Of a stretch of 64,000 bases of DNA, positions 11,144-22,377 are shown in pieces (the first letter of the stretch is position 1; every line of letters starts with the position of its first letter). The notes beneath the pieces are model-generated. The model was not told the DNA's origin and made no database searches. It was given only the letters and a program-made list of their open reading frames with translations. A program made the position numbers and the translations under genes. The DNA comes from Emiliania huxleyi CCMP1516 (lineage: Eukaryota): NCBI RefSeq assembly GCF_000372725.1, contig NW_005202428.1:1907331-1971330 (forward strand), given 5' to 3'.

Positions 11144-11379
11144 CAGCGACATGGGCGAGTTAAAGTTATCGAGATATGGAATATGCTATATGGTTGATCA
11201 AAGTTGTAACCGTCACCAAAAGTGATGCACGTATATGGGAGTTGGGAGCGCGACTGCACACTCCTCTCCTTAAAATCCCTGTGTGCCTGTGAGAGCTGCG
11301 TCATGTGCACGAGCTGTTCGACGCACGAGAGCTGCCCGCACACCTCTCTAACACAGCGCACTGTACTCGTCTTCTCTCT

Positions 11380-12399
11380 TCATGAGATGATGCACTGGCC
11401 TTCCCCCTCTGCCGTCGGAGCCGGTCTGCTGCTGCTGCTCTCTGCTGGCGGCGCCGGCGCCGGAATGCTCACATACGAGTTCCGCTCGCCCTCGTCGTCG
11501 AGAGGGGGGCGCGTTTCCGTCGTGTTCCTGCCGCCGAACTCCCCCTCGCTCGCCGTCGGCGGCGGCGCCCGCCGCGTCACCGCGACTTGACTCGCTGACC
11601 ACGCCGCCTCGCCACTGCCACACGGGGCCGCTGCCATGGCTGCTGCGGGCCGGGGCGGCAGCGCGGCAGCAGCCGCCGGCCTCGGCTGAGGACGCAGGGG
11701 AGAGCGGGACTGCGGCGACTGGGGTGCGCCCCTGCGCCTCCGGGCGCGGGCGGCAGCGCCGGCCGCGTTGGCGTACTCCGCCATCAGCTCCGCCGCCTCG
11801 AGCATTTGCTGTGTGGACATGGGCGCCGGCTCCGGCGGCTCCGCCTCGCTGCTCCACTGCTGGAGCGCCTTTGCGTCCCTCGCGGCGTCGCTCTCCGCGG
11901 GGTGCGCTCGCGCCGCGCCTCCGCCCCTCTCGCCCCTCTCGCCCCTCTCGCCCCTCTCGCCCCTCTCGCCCCGCTTGCGGCGCGACATCTCTCTGCGCGC
12001 AGCCTCGCGGATCATCTCCTCGCGTGTGCGGTGGCCGAACCGCACGCGCGAGTGCCGCCCGGACTCGTCCGGGCTCTCGGAGCGGCGCGCAGGGCTCCGC
12101 TCGTCGCTCGTGCTCCTGCGGTGCGGGGCAGGGGGGTGAGACACGTGCATGGTGCGGGGGAACAGCCTGGCGCATCCCCCTCGCATCTCCACGTCCCCAA
12201 GATGAGAGAGCCCCGGCACGACGGCATTCAACGTGCCGTAAGGCTGTGCGCGTGGGTGAGCGGTGCGTGACTGAGGAGAAGTAGAAGAAGCAGGAGGAGA
12301 GGGAGGGAGGGAGGGAGGGAGGGGGGGGGAGATGATAACGAGAGAGTGGAGCAAGAGAGAGAGAGAGAGAGCAGAGAGAGAGAGAGAGAGAGAGAGAGA

Positions 12400-12466
<67 letters not shown>

Positions 12467-14491
12467 ACGAGAGAGAACACGAGAGAGAAAAGCGAGCGAG
12501 CGAGCGAGCGAGCAAGAGAGCGCGCGCGGCGAATGCGCACCTGCGGAGCGCCCCGCCGCCGCCAGCCTCCGCCTCGCGCTCCGCAGAGCCTCCACTCCGC
12601 CCACTCCCGCGCGTAGAGGCCGAGGCCGAGACATGGCCGGTCGTGCCCTCCTCGACAGCGACCATCGTGCGGTACGTGGCTTGCAGGGAGGCGAGCGCCG
12701 CCGCGCACGACGCCGAGGTGAGCGCGGTCGCGCCGGACTTGCCGGAGGTGCGCGTGTTCGCGGACGTGCGCGAGGCGTGCGAGCGCGCCTCGGAGCGGCT
12801 CGACGACTCGCTCGCCGCCGAGCCCACCGAGCCGGCGTCGTTGAAGCTGTCCGCGTTGTCCTCCTCGCCGGACGACTTGTCTGAGGGTGCTCCTCCGGCC
12901 GGATCGGCGAGCAGGGAGGCGAGCATCGTTGGCGTCGCACCGCTGATGATGGCGACGATCCAGGCGGGGAGCTCGGACGGCTGGCCCACCGGCTGCTGCT
13001 GCGCCAGCCTGCTGCCCTCGCCCTCCGCCCCCCACACGCCCGGCACGCGGCGCCAGCTCGGCGAGGGGGGGAGGGCCCCGAAGGAGGCGAGCGAGTCTCT
13101 GCTCGACGGGCGGCTCCACGCGCCGCTGTACGGCAGCAGCGGCGGCGGCAGTGGCCCTCCGGGCGAGGGCGGGTACTCGGGGCCGACACTCTCCGTGCTC
13201 GGGGTGCGCTCTAGGGTGCGCTGCCCTAGCTGCTGCCTCGGAAGGCACAATCCCTGGCCAGGAGTCTGGCCAGGAGTCGGCGGCAGCTCGCCACAGCCCT
13301 CGGGCGGCTTCTTCCGGCGGCCGCCCAGCCGGCCCACGCCGTCGAGGACCTCGGACCACGCGCCTCCGACGGCGTCTGCTCGCTCCGACGCCGCGTGATA
13401 CTCGTGCGAGAGCCTCGAGTGCCCCGTGTCGCGGAGCGGCGTCGGCGGCGCCGACAGCTGCAGCAGCTCGAGGGCGGAGAGCTGGGCGCGAGACTTGTCG
13501 GGAGACTTGTCGGGCCCGAGTCTGGTCGGCGAGATCGGGCACGAGTGGCTGCACTCGCGGCGGCCCGCCTCGCGCCGCTCCGCCTGCGGGCTGGGCCGCG
13601 GGCTCGGGGTTGCAGGTCGGGCGCGATGGCGGGCGCGGCCTCGCGCCTGCGCCGTGAACACACAAGGTCTCAGGGCGGAGAACTACGATTCCAAGGGCTT
13701 GAGCATCGCAGTACGGGCTGGGGGCTGCGAATGCAGTGTGAATACCGCGCTGAGTACAGCCTAATACGGCCGAATACGTGTCGTCTCGAGTGCTAGTCGG
13801 AGCCAGCGCGTCTGTCTCATGGTCCGTCTCCACAGCATCTCGGGCCAGCCTGGTGGCGCGGCGGCGCGGACTCGCGCGCGATAACTGCGGCGGCGGTGGC
13901 CATGTCGACTGCTCGTGCGACTGAGTCGGCCTCGCGCTCCCGCTCAACCGACTGCCCGCCCCCGAAGACGCCCTCGAGCTGCTCGAACTGTGACTGCTCG
14001 ACTGCTCGAACCGCGGAGGCACTCTCCGCGCCGGCCGCCCGCCGGCTCTTGTGGTTGAGCGAGCGGAGAGGCGGCGGCGCGTCGGAGGGCTCGCGGCCGG
14101 AGGCCCCCGCGGGGAGGCAGAGCGACCAGAGGCTCGGCACCCAGAGTACGCAACTCCGCTGGTACTCGTCGCGGATCTGCTGAGGCAAATAGAGCGACTC
14201 GGGCGCCGACGGTTGCGGCGTCGTCCAAAAGAGGGCGCAGCACTGGCGCGTGCCTCGGTGGACGGCGCAGACACCACAGCAAAGGCCGACAACCATGAAG
14301 GCGCAGGCGCCGCCCACCGCCCAGGGCCAAGGAGAGCCCTCTTGACCTATCTCGCTGGACAGCGTGAAGAGGAAGAGCGTGGCGCCGACAGCACCCGACA
14401 GAGGCGGCGGCGGAGCCAGAGGCGGTGGCGGCAGCGGCGGCGCAGCGAGGGCGGTCTTTAGAAGAGCGAGGGAGCCGAGTTCGCGGAGCAT
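11380..14491 (-). CDS. Hypothetical multi-exon low-complexity protein with an N-terminal TM segment
   Basis: Plausible coding blocks 13817-14491 (Pro run, WAVGGACAFMVVGLCCGVCAV), ~12640-13580 (S/P-rich) and ~11380-12120, separated by intron-like microsatellite tracts. Confidence 0.45.
12340..12520. repeat. (GA)n microsatellite (intronic)
   Basis: Long GA dinucleotide run. Confidence 0.95.
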
Positions 14492-14800
14492 ACTCGGTCT
14501 TTAGAAGAGCGCCGGCGACCTCCTTGGGCGGCTCGAAGCGCCGTGCAAAACTTTTTTTTTGCGTCGGGAGAGACTGAGACGAGAGATAGGGAGTGTGTGT
14601 GTGTGTGTGTGTAGATATAGGGAGGCAGACGCCCGAGGGCTGGGGAGACGGCTGTTCGACCGAGGCTGCGGGCGGGGCGCCGCTTGACAAAGAACGCCGA
14701 GTGCCTGCGTAAAGATTTTTAGCAATACCTTAAAGAGGTTACAGGCGGCAATACCAAACAACTCTAACACTCACACGTCATTTGGGGCCTGGAGGCCTGT

Positions 14801-15190
14801 TCACGCGCGCGCGAGACGTGCAGACAGGGTTGCCAGGTGAGAGCGAATGGCGCGGTTCACGCCTCGCACAACAGAGAGAGAGAGAGAGATGCGCTCTGCA
14901 TGGTGGGGCATAAAAGAGAGCGAGTACTTGGGCGAGTCGGCCGTGCGGTCGACGATGCCGCGCGCGACTTTGCGCGCGAGGCGGCGCAGCTTGAGAACGG
15001 CGGTGGGCGAGAAGCCGCCGCCGAACGTCTCGTGGAGCAGCAGGTTGAAGTTGTTGCGCTTGACAAAGATCGCGTCGTGGTAGAAACCGCGATGCGCCTT
15101 GACGTAGCCGTGGCCGTTCTTGTGGTCGAAGGGTTGGGGGTTGGTGTGTTTGTAAGTGAGTGCAGAGATGCGGTGAGTGGCGTGCAGGGT
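14801..15190 (-). mobile_element. 3' fragment of an RLE-endonuclease non-LTR retrotransposon (CRE/NeSL-like)
   Basis: FNLLLHETFGGGFSPTAVLKLRRLAR...SFMPHHAERISLSLSVVRGVNRAI resembles the C-terminal restriction-like endonuclease tail (ET.GG...L..LA...RIS...RG). Confidence 0.6.
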
Positions 15191-15199
15191 TGTGTTCAC

Positions 15200-15432
15200 T
15201 AGCTCCGAGTAGAGGGGGCGTCCTGCAGTTAAGGGGAAACCCGGTACGAGGGGCCAACCCTCGGAGACCCGTGTTTACTTTATGGCCCCTTCCCTGCGAA
15301 CGCGCACCACCCTAGGGGTCAGGGCTATCTTGCCCGTAGCCCGATCCCAATCATCTGGCCCGCTGGGTGCGCTTCTTAGCTCCCCGGCCCTGGATGTGCG
15401 GCTGCTGACTGCACTCCAAGGGCTCCAAGTGC
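15200..15432 (+). repeat. Dispersed SINE-like repeat, family A
   Basis: Similar to 49769-49999, and in reverse complement to 50641-50713, 50797-50990 and 56440-56675. Ends ...GCACTCCAAG(G/T)GCTCCAAGTGC. Confidence 0.85.
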
Positions 15433-16318
15433 GTGTCGTGGTTTGGTAGAAACCCAACCCCTTCCTGGCTCACAAGCCTAACCAAGATGTTCACGGCCCC
15501 CCACACGGAGGGAGGGGGGAGCCCCGGGTACTCTTTAGCTGTACTCGTCTAGGCAGAGATAGGTAGAAACCGCGATGTGCCTTGGATGTAGCCGAAGCCG
15601 TTTTTGTTCCTTTGAGAGAGAGAGAGATTTTGTCTAGGATTTTGTTCCTTTGTGGGAGAAGGGTTGGCCGGGCTGCCCGGCGCGCGCCTTGCAGCCCATG
15701 TTTAGGCGGCGGGCCTTCTCAAAGAAAGAAAGAAAACAGACAACCCAAACGAGTGGTATGTAGGATGGGAGTTCTGATGTAAAACTCTTCTTTAGCGCGC
15801 CAGTCTCGTGTTTTGTAAATTTTCGCCGTCAACGATTGGGGTAGGGGCCCCAACTCGGTGTGAGGCTTCTACTTTACCGCGGGTACTCACTGAGGAGCGC
15901 CTCCCATACTAAGGGTCTTCATCCCTCCTGCCAGTCTTCACGGATTTTTCTCCGTGAACACTCAGGACGCGACGTACGTCCAAGCACGTTCCGCGTGCCT
16001 CGTGGCCGCGCTCTTTGCGTGGTGCTCCTGCAGCTCTCTCGCTGCTCTTCCTGGCCCGGCGCCGTGCCAGCTCTGTGGCCGCGCCAGGCTCTGCAACCGC
16101 GCCAGCACTCTGGCTGCGCCGGTTCTTCGCTTTTTCCCCACCCACCCTCTCCCGGAATAAGGGGGGGTCGTTCTGAGGGCTCTCCGTATGGTTAGCTCCT
16201 CCCTCTCTCTGGTCTGTGGTGCGATCCCTTTCGGCGACGCGGCCAGGCCACGGGGCGTTGAAGCTTGCCTCCGTGCCCGTGGTCGTCCAAGTGGTCGTCC
16301 AAGCTGATCGAGCGAGTC

Positions 16319-17193
16319 CTGAGGGAGGGTGGATAGAGGATGTAGAGTGTAGAGCGCTGTAGAGCTGTAGAGTTGGAGAGCGCTGTAGAGCTGTAGAGCT
16401 CTACATCCGGCGCGTGACGAACTGCCTGCGTTGTAGAGCGATGTAGAGGCGCTCTACAACGTGAAAGCTCTACAACAAACTCTACATCATAAGCGGCGAA
16501 CGAGGCACGGTCGCTCTCCGACATGAGGCGCGTTGCACTTGCCAGTGCTGCCCTGGCCTTCTGTCTGCCCGCCCAATGGGTGGCAGGTGCCTCTGCTGCT
16601 GTGGCATGCCTCACGGCTGCGACTGGCCGGCGCCTCGGCGCGTCAGCTCGGCTCGGCGTAGCGATAGTGGCCAGCGCAACTCGCCTGGACTCAACGCTCA
16701 GCCAGGAGCTCCCGCACGCGCTGGCGCGAGTCATGGCGCATGCAACGCGTCTGAATGCTCGCCTCGCCTCGCGCAAATGCGACCGTCCTCGCAGCCGACA
16801 GTCCACCGCCTGCTAAAGAAGCACAGCGACGAATGCGGCACCGGCGACGCATGGCAGGCTGGTCATGACGCAGTTATAGGGTGTTGTGTGCCGTCAGAGT
16901 GACTCTCTGTGTGTCAGGGATAGTCAGGGCCGTCCATCAGAGCTCCAGTAAGCTCGGAGACACCCCATTAGCGCGGCTCGACCTCTTTGAGTCACTGCCT
17001 TCCCGGCGGTTTGGCTGTAGAGCCTCTACAACAAACTCTACAGCAAAATCGCGCTCTACATCGCTCTACAACGCAGGCAGTTCTCGTCACGCGGCGGATG
17101 TAGAGCTCTACAGCTCTACAGCGCTCCAGAGCGCTCTACATCTCTACAGCTCTACAGCGCTCTACACTCGACATCCTCTACACCCTCCCTCAG
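16319..17193. mobile_element. MITE-like element with long CTCTACA-rich TIRs
   Basis: CTGAGGGAGGGT...TGTAGAG arrays on the left and the reverse complement on the right. Flanks AGCGAGTC/ATCGAGTC (8-bp TSD, 1 mismatch). Another end copy at 63673-63893. Confidence 0.75.
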
Positions 17194-17458
17194 ATCGAGT
17201 CCCAACCCACCGCCTTTAGTGGCAGGACCCCCAGCAAGGGGATGTCAGGCACTGCGTAGCTCTTCCTTGTGGAGGCACGCGGCGACTCCAGACGGACCCT
17301 AGTACGCTCCAATGTATCCTCACTGTAACACTCACGGATGCTAGGAAGTGAGGCCCAGTTTGGCGATCTCTTCTTTTCCGTGGTGTACCTGTGCTAGAGT
17401 AGGCCAGTGCGCGCCAGTCCCGCGTGCCCAGTGTCGTGCGAGGGAGCATTTGCGTGTG

Positions 17459-19654
17459 TGCATGCACTGCGCGACTCGCCTCGCCCGTCGCCTGCCTGCG
17501 GCTTGTTTGCAGCGACGAGTCCAGCTGTCTCGCCCGGCCAGCCTGTCTCCGGCTCGGTCACTCTGCCAGCTCGCTCCTTCCGAGCCAGCTCCATCGAACG
17601 CGCATGTGCTCGGTGGCGTGGCCTTTTTCCTAGCGGCAGAACGCGGTGCTGCCGCCGTCCTCTTCGCGCGCGACCTCCACTTTCCTCCCGCCATCGCTGC
17701 TCTCCTGTCGCTCGGCTGCGTTTGCGCCGTCCCGTCTGCAGGCGTCAGGCTGCAGCGCCTGCTCGGGCCCTCCGCCGCGTGGCTGCGCGCGGCGCTGCCC
17801 GTGCTGCTCGTGCCCGCCTTTCTCTTCCCGGCTGTGGCGGCGGTGCCCGACGGCGACTCGCTCCGCCTCGTCGCGCCGCTCTGCCTGGCTGCAATCATGG
17901 TGGGCACCGCGGCGGCCGGCGTCCCTAGATGCGGAATCCCGAGTCTCCGGCGTCCCTAGATTCAGATCTCCGCTTGCACGGCCATCACCATGCCTCCCCT
18001 TCCCCGTAGGCTGGCCTGACCGCGAGTGCCCTCATGTGCCGCGAGGGGGCGGCCGGCGCGGCCTCGTGCCAGCTCACCGCCAGAGCGTCGCGCCACCTCA
18101 ACTCGGGCCGCACCGCCGGCCTCGCCCTCGCGTGTGGCGCTGCTGGCTCTGCGGGGTGGGCGGCGGTGCGACCGCACGACCCAGACTCGCTCTGGCGTGC
18201 GCCGCTCCATCTCGGCCTCACCGCCGCTCTGAGCGCCGCCGCCGCGCAGCTGCCGGAGGCGGTGCGGAGGTTCGTGCCACCGAACGTCGGGTGTGCGATC
18301 GCGCTGCTCGGCATCCTCCACGCCTCGAGCGCCGGCCAAGGCGTGCTCTCCCCTCTCCCCGCCCAGCTCCTCCTCGTGGCCGAGCCCTTCTCTCCGCCAA
18401 ACCCGCTACCGCCGCTTGAGCGAACCTTCCGCGCTGCCTGCACCACCAACACCACGGCCCCGCCTCTGACCGCACACACCGGTGGCCGGCCAAGGCGCGG
18501 GAGGCTTCCGGCGCGCCGTCGGCTGCTACCTCGACGGCGCGGGCCTCGCTCTGATGGCTGCGGTACAGCCCGCGATGGTGACGCTCGGACTGTACGCGCA
18601 CACGCACAACGCAGTGCTCCGCGCGCAGTGGCGGCTGCTTCTCGCGCTTGCCCTCCTCGTCGCGCCGGCGCTCCTCTGCGGCACGGCTTGCTATGAGTAT
18701 GAATGAGTAATGATCAATGATTATATTGCAGGCGCTCCTCTTTGGCACGGCTTGCTCAGGCCGTGCGCTTGGCCTCCCGCCCGAGGCTCCTCCTCCCCTC
18801 CCTGCCGCCTCCTCCCCTCCCTGCCGCCTCCTCCCCTCCTTGCCTCCTCCTCCCCTCCCTGCCTCCTCCTCCCCTCCCTGCCGCCTCCTCCCCTCCCTGC
18901 CGCCTCCTCCCCTCCCTGCCGCCTCCTCCCCTCCCTGCCGCCTCCTCCCCTCCCTGCCGCCTCCTCCCCTCCCTGCCGCCTCCTCCCCTCCCTGCCGCCT
19001 CCTCCCCTCCCTGCCGCCTCCTCCCCTCCCTGCCGCCTCCTCCCCTCCCTGCCGCCTCCTCCCCTCCCTGCCGCCTCCTCCCCTCCCTGCCTCCTCCTCC
19101 CCTCCCCGAGGCGCCCTCTCCTCCCCGCGTGGCTTGTTCGTGGCAGGTGACTGCCTCGCTGCTGCCCGCCTCCACCACCACTGGTCTCGCGCTGACCATG
19201 CCGTCGGGCTTGCCCCTCATCCGAGCCGAGTGGGTCGCCGTCGGCACCGCCTTCAACAGCGCGACGACGCAGGTCAGAGGTAGTGATGGGCAGACGCTCC
19301 CCCACACACGGATGCGGGTGCACAGCCACTGAAGGAACCAGCCCACGGCTCGTTGGCGCGCAGGTCACGCTGCCGGCGCTGCTGGCGCTCACCTCGCTCC
19401 AGGCGGCTCCGGCCTTTGCCCGGGGCGTGGGCATCGGCTGCACGGCGCATGTGGGCGGGATGGCCGCGCTCGCCGCCAGCGGAGACCTCGCCGCGGCGGA
19501 CGCAGCTGCGTGCGCGCTGGTCGTCGTTGGCGTGGCGCGCGCGGTGCTGATGCAGGTGCCGGCGTTCAGCCGGGCCCTGGCGCACGCGTGTGGCGGACAT
19601 GGTGGCGGATCAGCTGAGATCGCGGCCCGGACACATCCCCCAAGAGACACTTGA
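17459..19654 (+). CDS. PLGG1-like LrgA/LrgB-domain transporter (multi-exon)
   Basis: FPPAIAALL..WLRAALPVLLVP (LrgA-like), QLPEAVRRFVPP, GAGLALM, SLLPASTTTGLAL, ARGVGIGCTAHVGGMAAL, QVPAFSRAL are colinear with plant PLGG1 motifs. Confidence 0.75.
18788..19106. repeat. Intronic 19-bp minisatellite (CCTCCTCCCCTCCCTGCCG)n
   Basis: About 16 tandem copies inside a GC-donor intron of the LrgB-like gene. Confidence 0.9.
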
Positions 19655-19836
19655 ATTGATGTCTAATCTGACCGCCGTGAGGCTCTCCTCGCGCAGCGAG
19701 TGTCCATTGGGTAAAAGAGGAAGAGAAAGAGAGAAACAAAATACTCAACCCAAAGGGATGGCGGATGGGAGGACGGCACGCCGCCAGCGCCACCACATGC
19801 GACGGTTGCGACGGTGATCGGTGTATCAGTCGCCTT

Positions 19837-22377
19837 CGTGCAAGCCCCACCCGACTGACGGGCAGGCGTGGGGCGCGTCGCCCGCTTGCTCTAGATGAAA
19901 CGTCTAAAGGACGAAAGAGGGAAACCGGCCCGACGGCGGGCGGAGAAGACGGGCACTGGACCAGAAAGGACTGGGAGAGTGTGAATGGAGGGAGGGACAC
20001 GGTGGACCGGGACACGCGGTGGCTCGGACATCCCCCCCCTCGACGTAGTCGAGTAACTCCCGATCGACGAGAGGAAAGTGTCCCTCAGAGTAGAGAGACT
20101 GTGGCTGCTCTACTAAGCCACGAATGAAGTAGCGGACAGCGTTGCAGGGGCCGTCGGCGATGCTGTCGATGCAGGCGACGGTGCAGAAGCTGGCAGCGCT
20201 GATGCCACCGATGTAGGTGACGACGAGAGAGCCGACGACGCTGTAGAGGCTACAGGCGAGGTCGTCGACACGAGCTCCGGCAGAGAGGCCGAGGCCGCTG
20301 GTGCTATCGGCGCCACCGTTGAGTGGAACGGCGGCAGAGAGGCCGATGACGTCACCGTCTGCAAGTCGAGCGACGGCGTGACGGCCGACAGCTGAGTCGG
20401 CGAAGCAGCCGACGGCGAGGCCATCGGCGAGGCCGTCGCTGAGCCGAGCGACGGCGAGAGAGCCGTCGGCAAGTCGAGCGACGGCGGGAGAGCCGACAGC
20501 GGAGTCGGCGAAGCAGCCGATGGAGAGGCCATCGGCGAGGCCGTCGCTGAGCCGAGCGACGACGAGAGTGCCGTCTGCAAGTCGAGCGACGGCGTGACGG
20601 CCGACAGCTGAGTCGGCGAAGCAGCCGACGGAGAGGCCATCGGCGAGGCCGTCGCTGAGCCGAGCGACGGTGAGAGAACCGTCGGCAAGTCGAGCGACGG
20701 CGTGACGGCCGACAGCTGAGTCGGCGAAGCAGCCGGCGGCGAGGCCATCGGCGAGGCCGTCGCTGAGCCGAGCGACGGCGACAGAGCCGTCGGCAAGTCG
20801 AGCGACGGCGAGAGAGCCGACAGCGGAGTCGGCGAAGCAGCCGACGGAGAGGCCATCGGCGAGGCCGTCGCTGAGCCGAGCGACGGCGAGAGAGCCGTCG
20901 GCAAGTCGAGCGACGGCGAGAGAGCCGACAGCGGAGTCGGCGAAGCAGCCGACGGCGAGGCCATCGGCGAGGCCGTCGCTGAGCCGAGCGACGGCGAGAG
21001 AGCCGTCGGCAAGTCGAGCGACGGCGAGGGAGCCGACAGCGGAGTCGGCGAAGCAGCCGACAGAGAGGCCATCGGCGAGGCCGTCGCTGAGCCGAGCGAC
21101 GGCGAGAGAGTCGTCGGCAAGTCGAGCGACGGCGTGACGGCCGACAGCTGAGTCGGCGAAGCAGCCGACAGAGAGGCCATCGGCGAGGCCGTCGCTGAGC
21201 CGAGCGACGGCGAGAGTGCCGTCTGCAAGTCGAGCGACGGCGTGACGGCCGACAGCTGAGTCGGCGAAGCAGCCGACAGCGAGGCCATCGGCGAGGCCGT
21301 CGCTGAGCCGAGCGACGGCGACAGAGCCGTCGGCAAGTCGAGCGACGGCGAGAGAGCCGACAGCGGAGTCGGCGAAGCAGCCGACGGAGAGGCCATCGGC
21401 GAGGCCGTCGCTGAGCCGAGCGACGGCGAGAGAGCCGTCGGCAAGTCGAGCGACGGCGAGAGAGCCGACAGCGGAGTCGGCGAAGCAGCCGACGGAGAGG
21501 CCATCGGCGAGGCCGTCGCTGAGTCGAGCGACGGTGAGAGAGCCGTCGGCAAGTCGAGCGACGGCGAGGGAGCCGACAGCGGAGTCGGCGAAGCAGCCGA
21601 CGGAGAGGCCATCGGCGAGGCCGTCGCTGAGCCGAGCGACGGCGAGAGAGCCGTCGGCAAGTCGAGCGACGGCGAGAGAGCCGACAGCGGAGTCGGCGAA
21701 GCAGCCGACGGAGAGGCCATCGGCGAGGCCGTCGCTGAGCCGAGCGACGGCGAGAGAGCCGTCGGCAAGTCGAGCGACGGCGAGGGAGCCGACAGCGGAG
21801 TCAGCGAAGCAGCCGACGGAGAGGCCATCGGCGAGGCCGTCGCTGAGCCGAGCGACGGCGAGAGAGCCGTCGGCAAGTCGAGCGACGGCGAGAGAGCCGA
21901 CAGCGGAGTCGGCGAAGCAGCCGACGGCGAGGCCATCGGCGAGGCCGTCGCTGAGCCGAGCGACGGCGAGAGAGCCGTCGGCAAGTCGATCACCGGTGGT
22001 AACGTCGCAGGCGGACGTCGTAGACCACAGCCAGTCTTGATGCGAATAGCGCTGGACGGTAAGCGGTGAAGTGCCAGAGTGCGAGTAGGACTCGGAACGG
22101 AATATGGGCGTGTCAGGCATGACCTGACGTGGGATAGCGTGTTGGGCCACAAAGGGCTGGCGCGACCAGTCGAGTCGCTGCCACGTGCAAGCCCCACCCG
22201 ACTGACGGGCAGGCGTGGGGCGCGTCGCCCGCTTGCTCTAGATGAAACGTCTAAAGGACGAAAGAGGGAAACCGGCCCGACGGCGGGCGGAGAAGACGGG
22301 CACTGGACCAGAAAGGACTGGGAGAGTGTGAATGGAGGGAGGGACACGGTGGACCGGGACACGCGGTGGCTCGGACA
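19837..22377 (-). mobile_element. Non-autonomous LTR retroelement (TRIM/LARD-like), 2541 bp
   Basis: Two 194-bp LTRs (19837-20030, 22184-22377) that look identical by eye. TSD GCCTT at 19832-19836 and 22378-22382. On the minus strand TGG follows the 5' LTR (PBS-like) and a G-rich purine tract precedes the 3' LTR (PPT). No gag/pol motifs. Confidence 0.92.
20355..21990 (-). repeat. 108-bp tandem array (~15 copies) inside the LTR element, open in two minus-strand frames
   Basis: Unit encodes LDLPTALSPSLGSATASPMASPSAASPTPLSALSPS in one frame and RLADGSLAVARLSDGLADGLSVGCFADSAVGSLAVA in another. Confidence 0.95.

Larger units (their letters stand above)
9635..11256. mobile_element. Non-autonomous TIR element with 4-bp TSD (CACA)
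   Basis: Termini CAGTCGCGCTCCC...GGGAGCGCGACTG, with the inverted similarity extending ~80 bp. CACA at 9631-9634 and 11257-11260. Removing it restores AGCACCACACTCCTCTCCTTAAAATCCCTGTGTG as seen intact at 44521. Confidence 0.85.

Noticed and set aside
20355..21990. CRISPR-like array
   Set aside because: The units are contiguous near-identical repeats with no unique spacers, there are no cas genes, and the context is eukaryotic.
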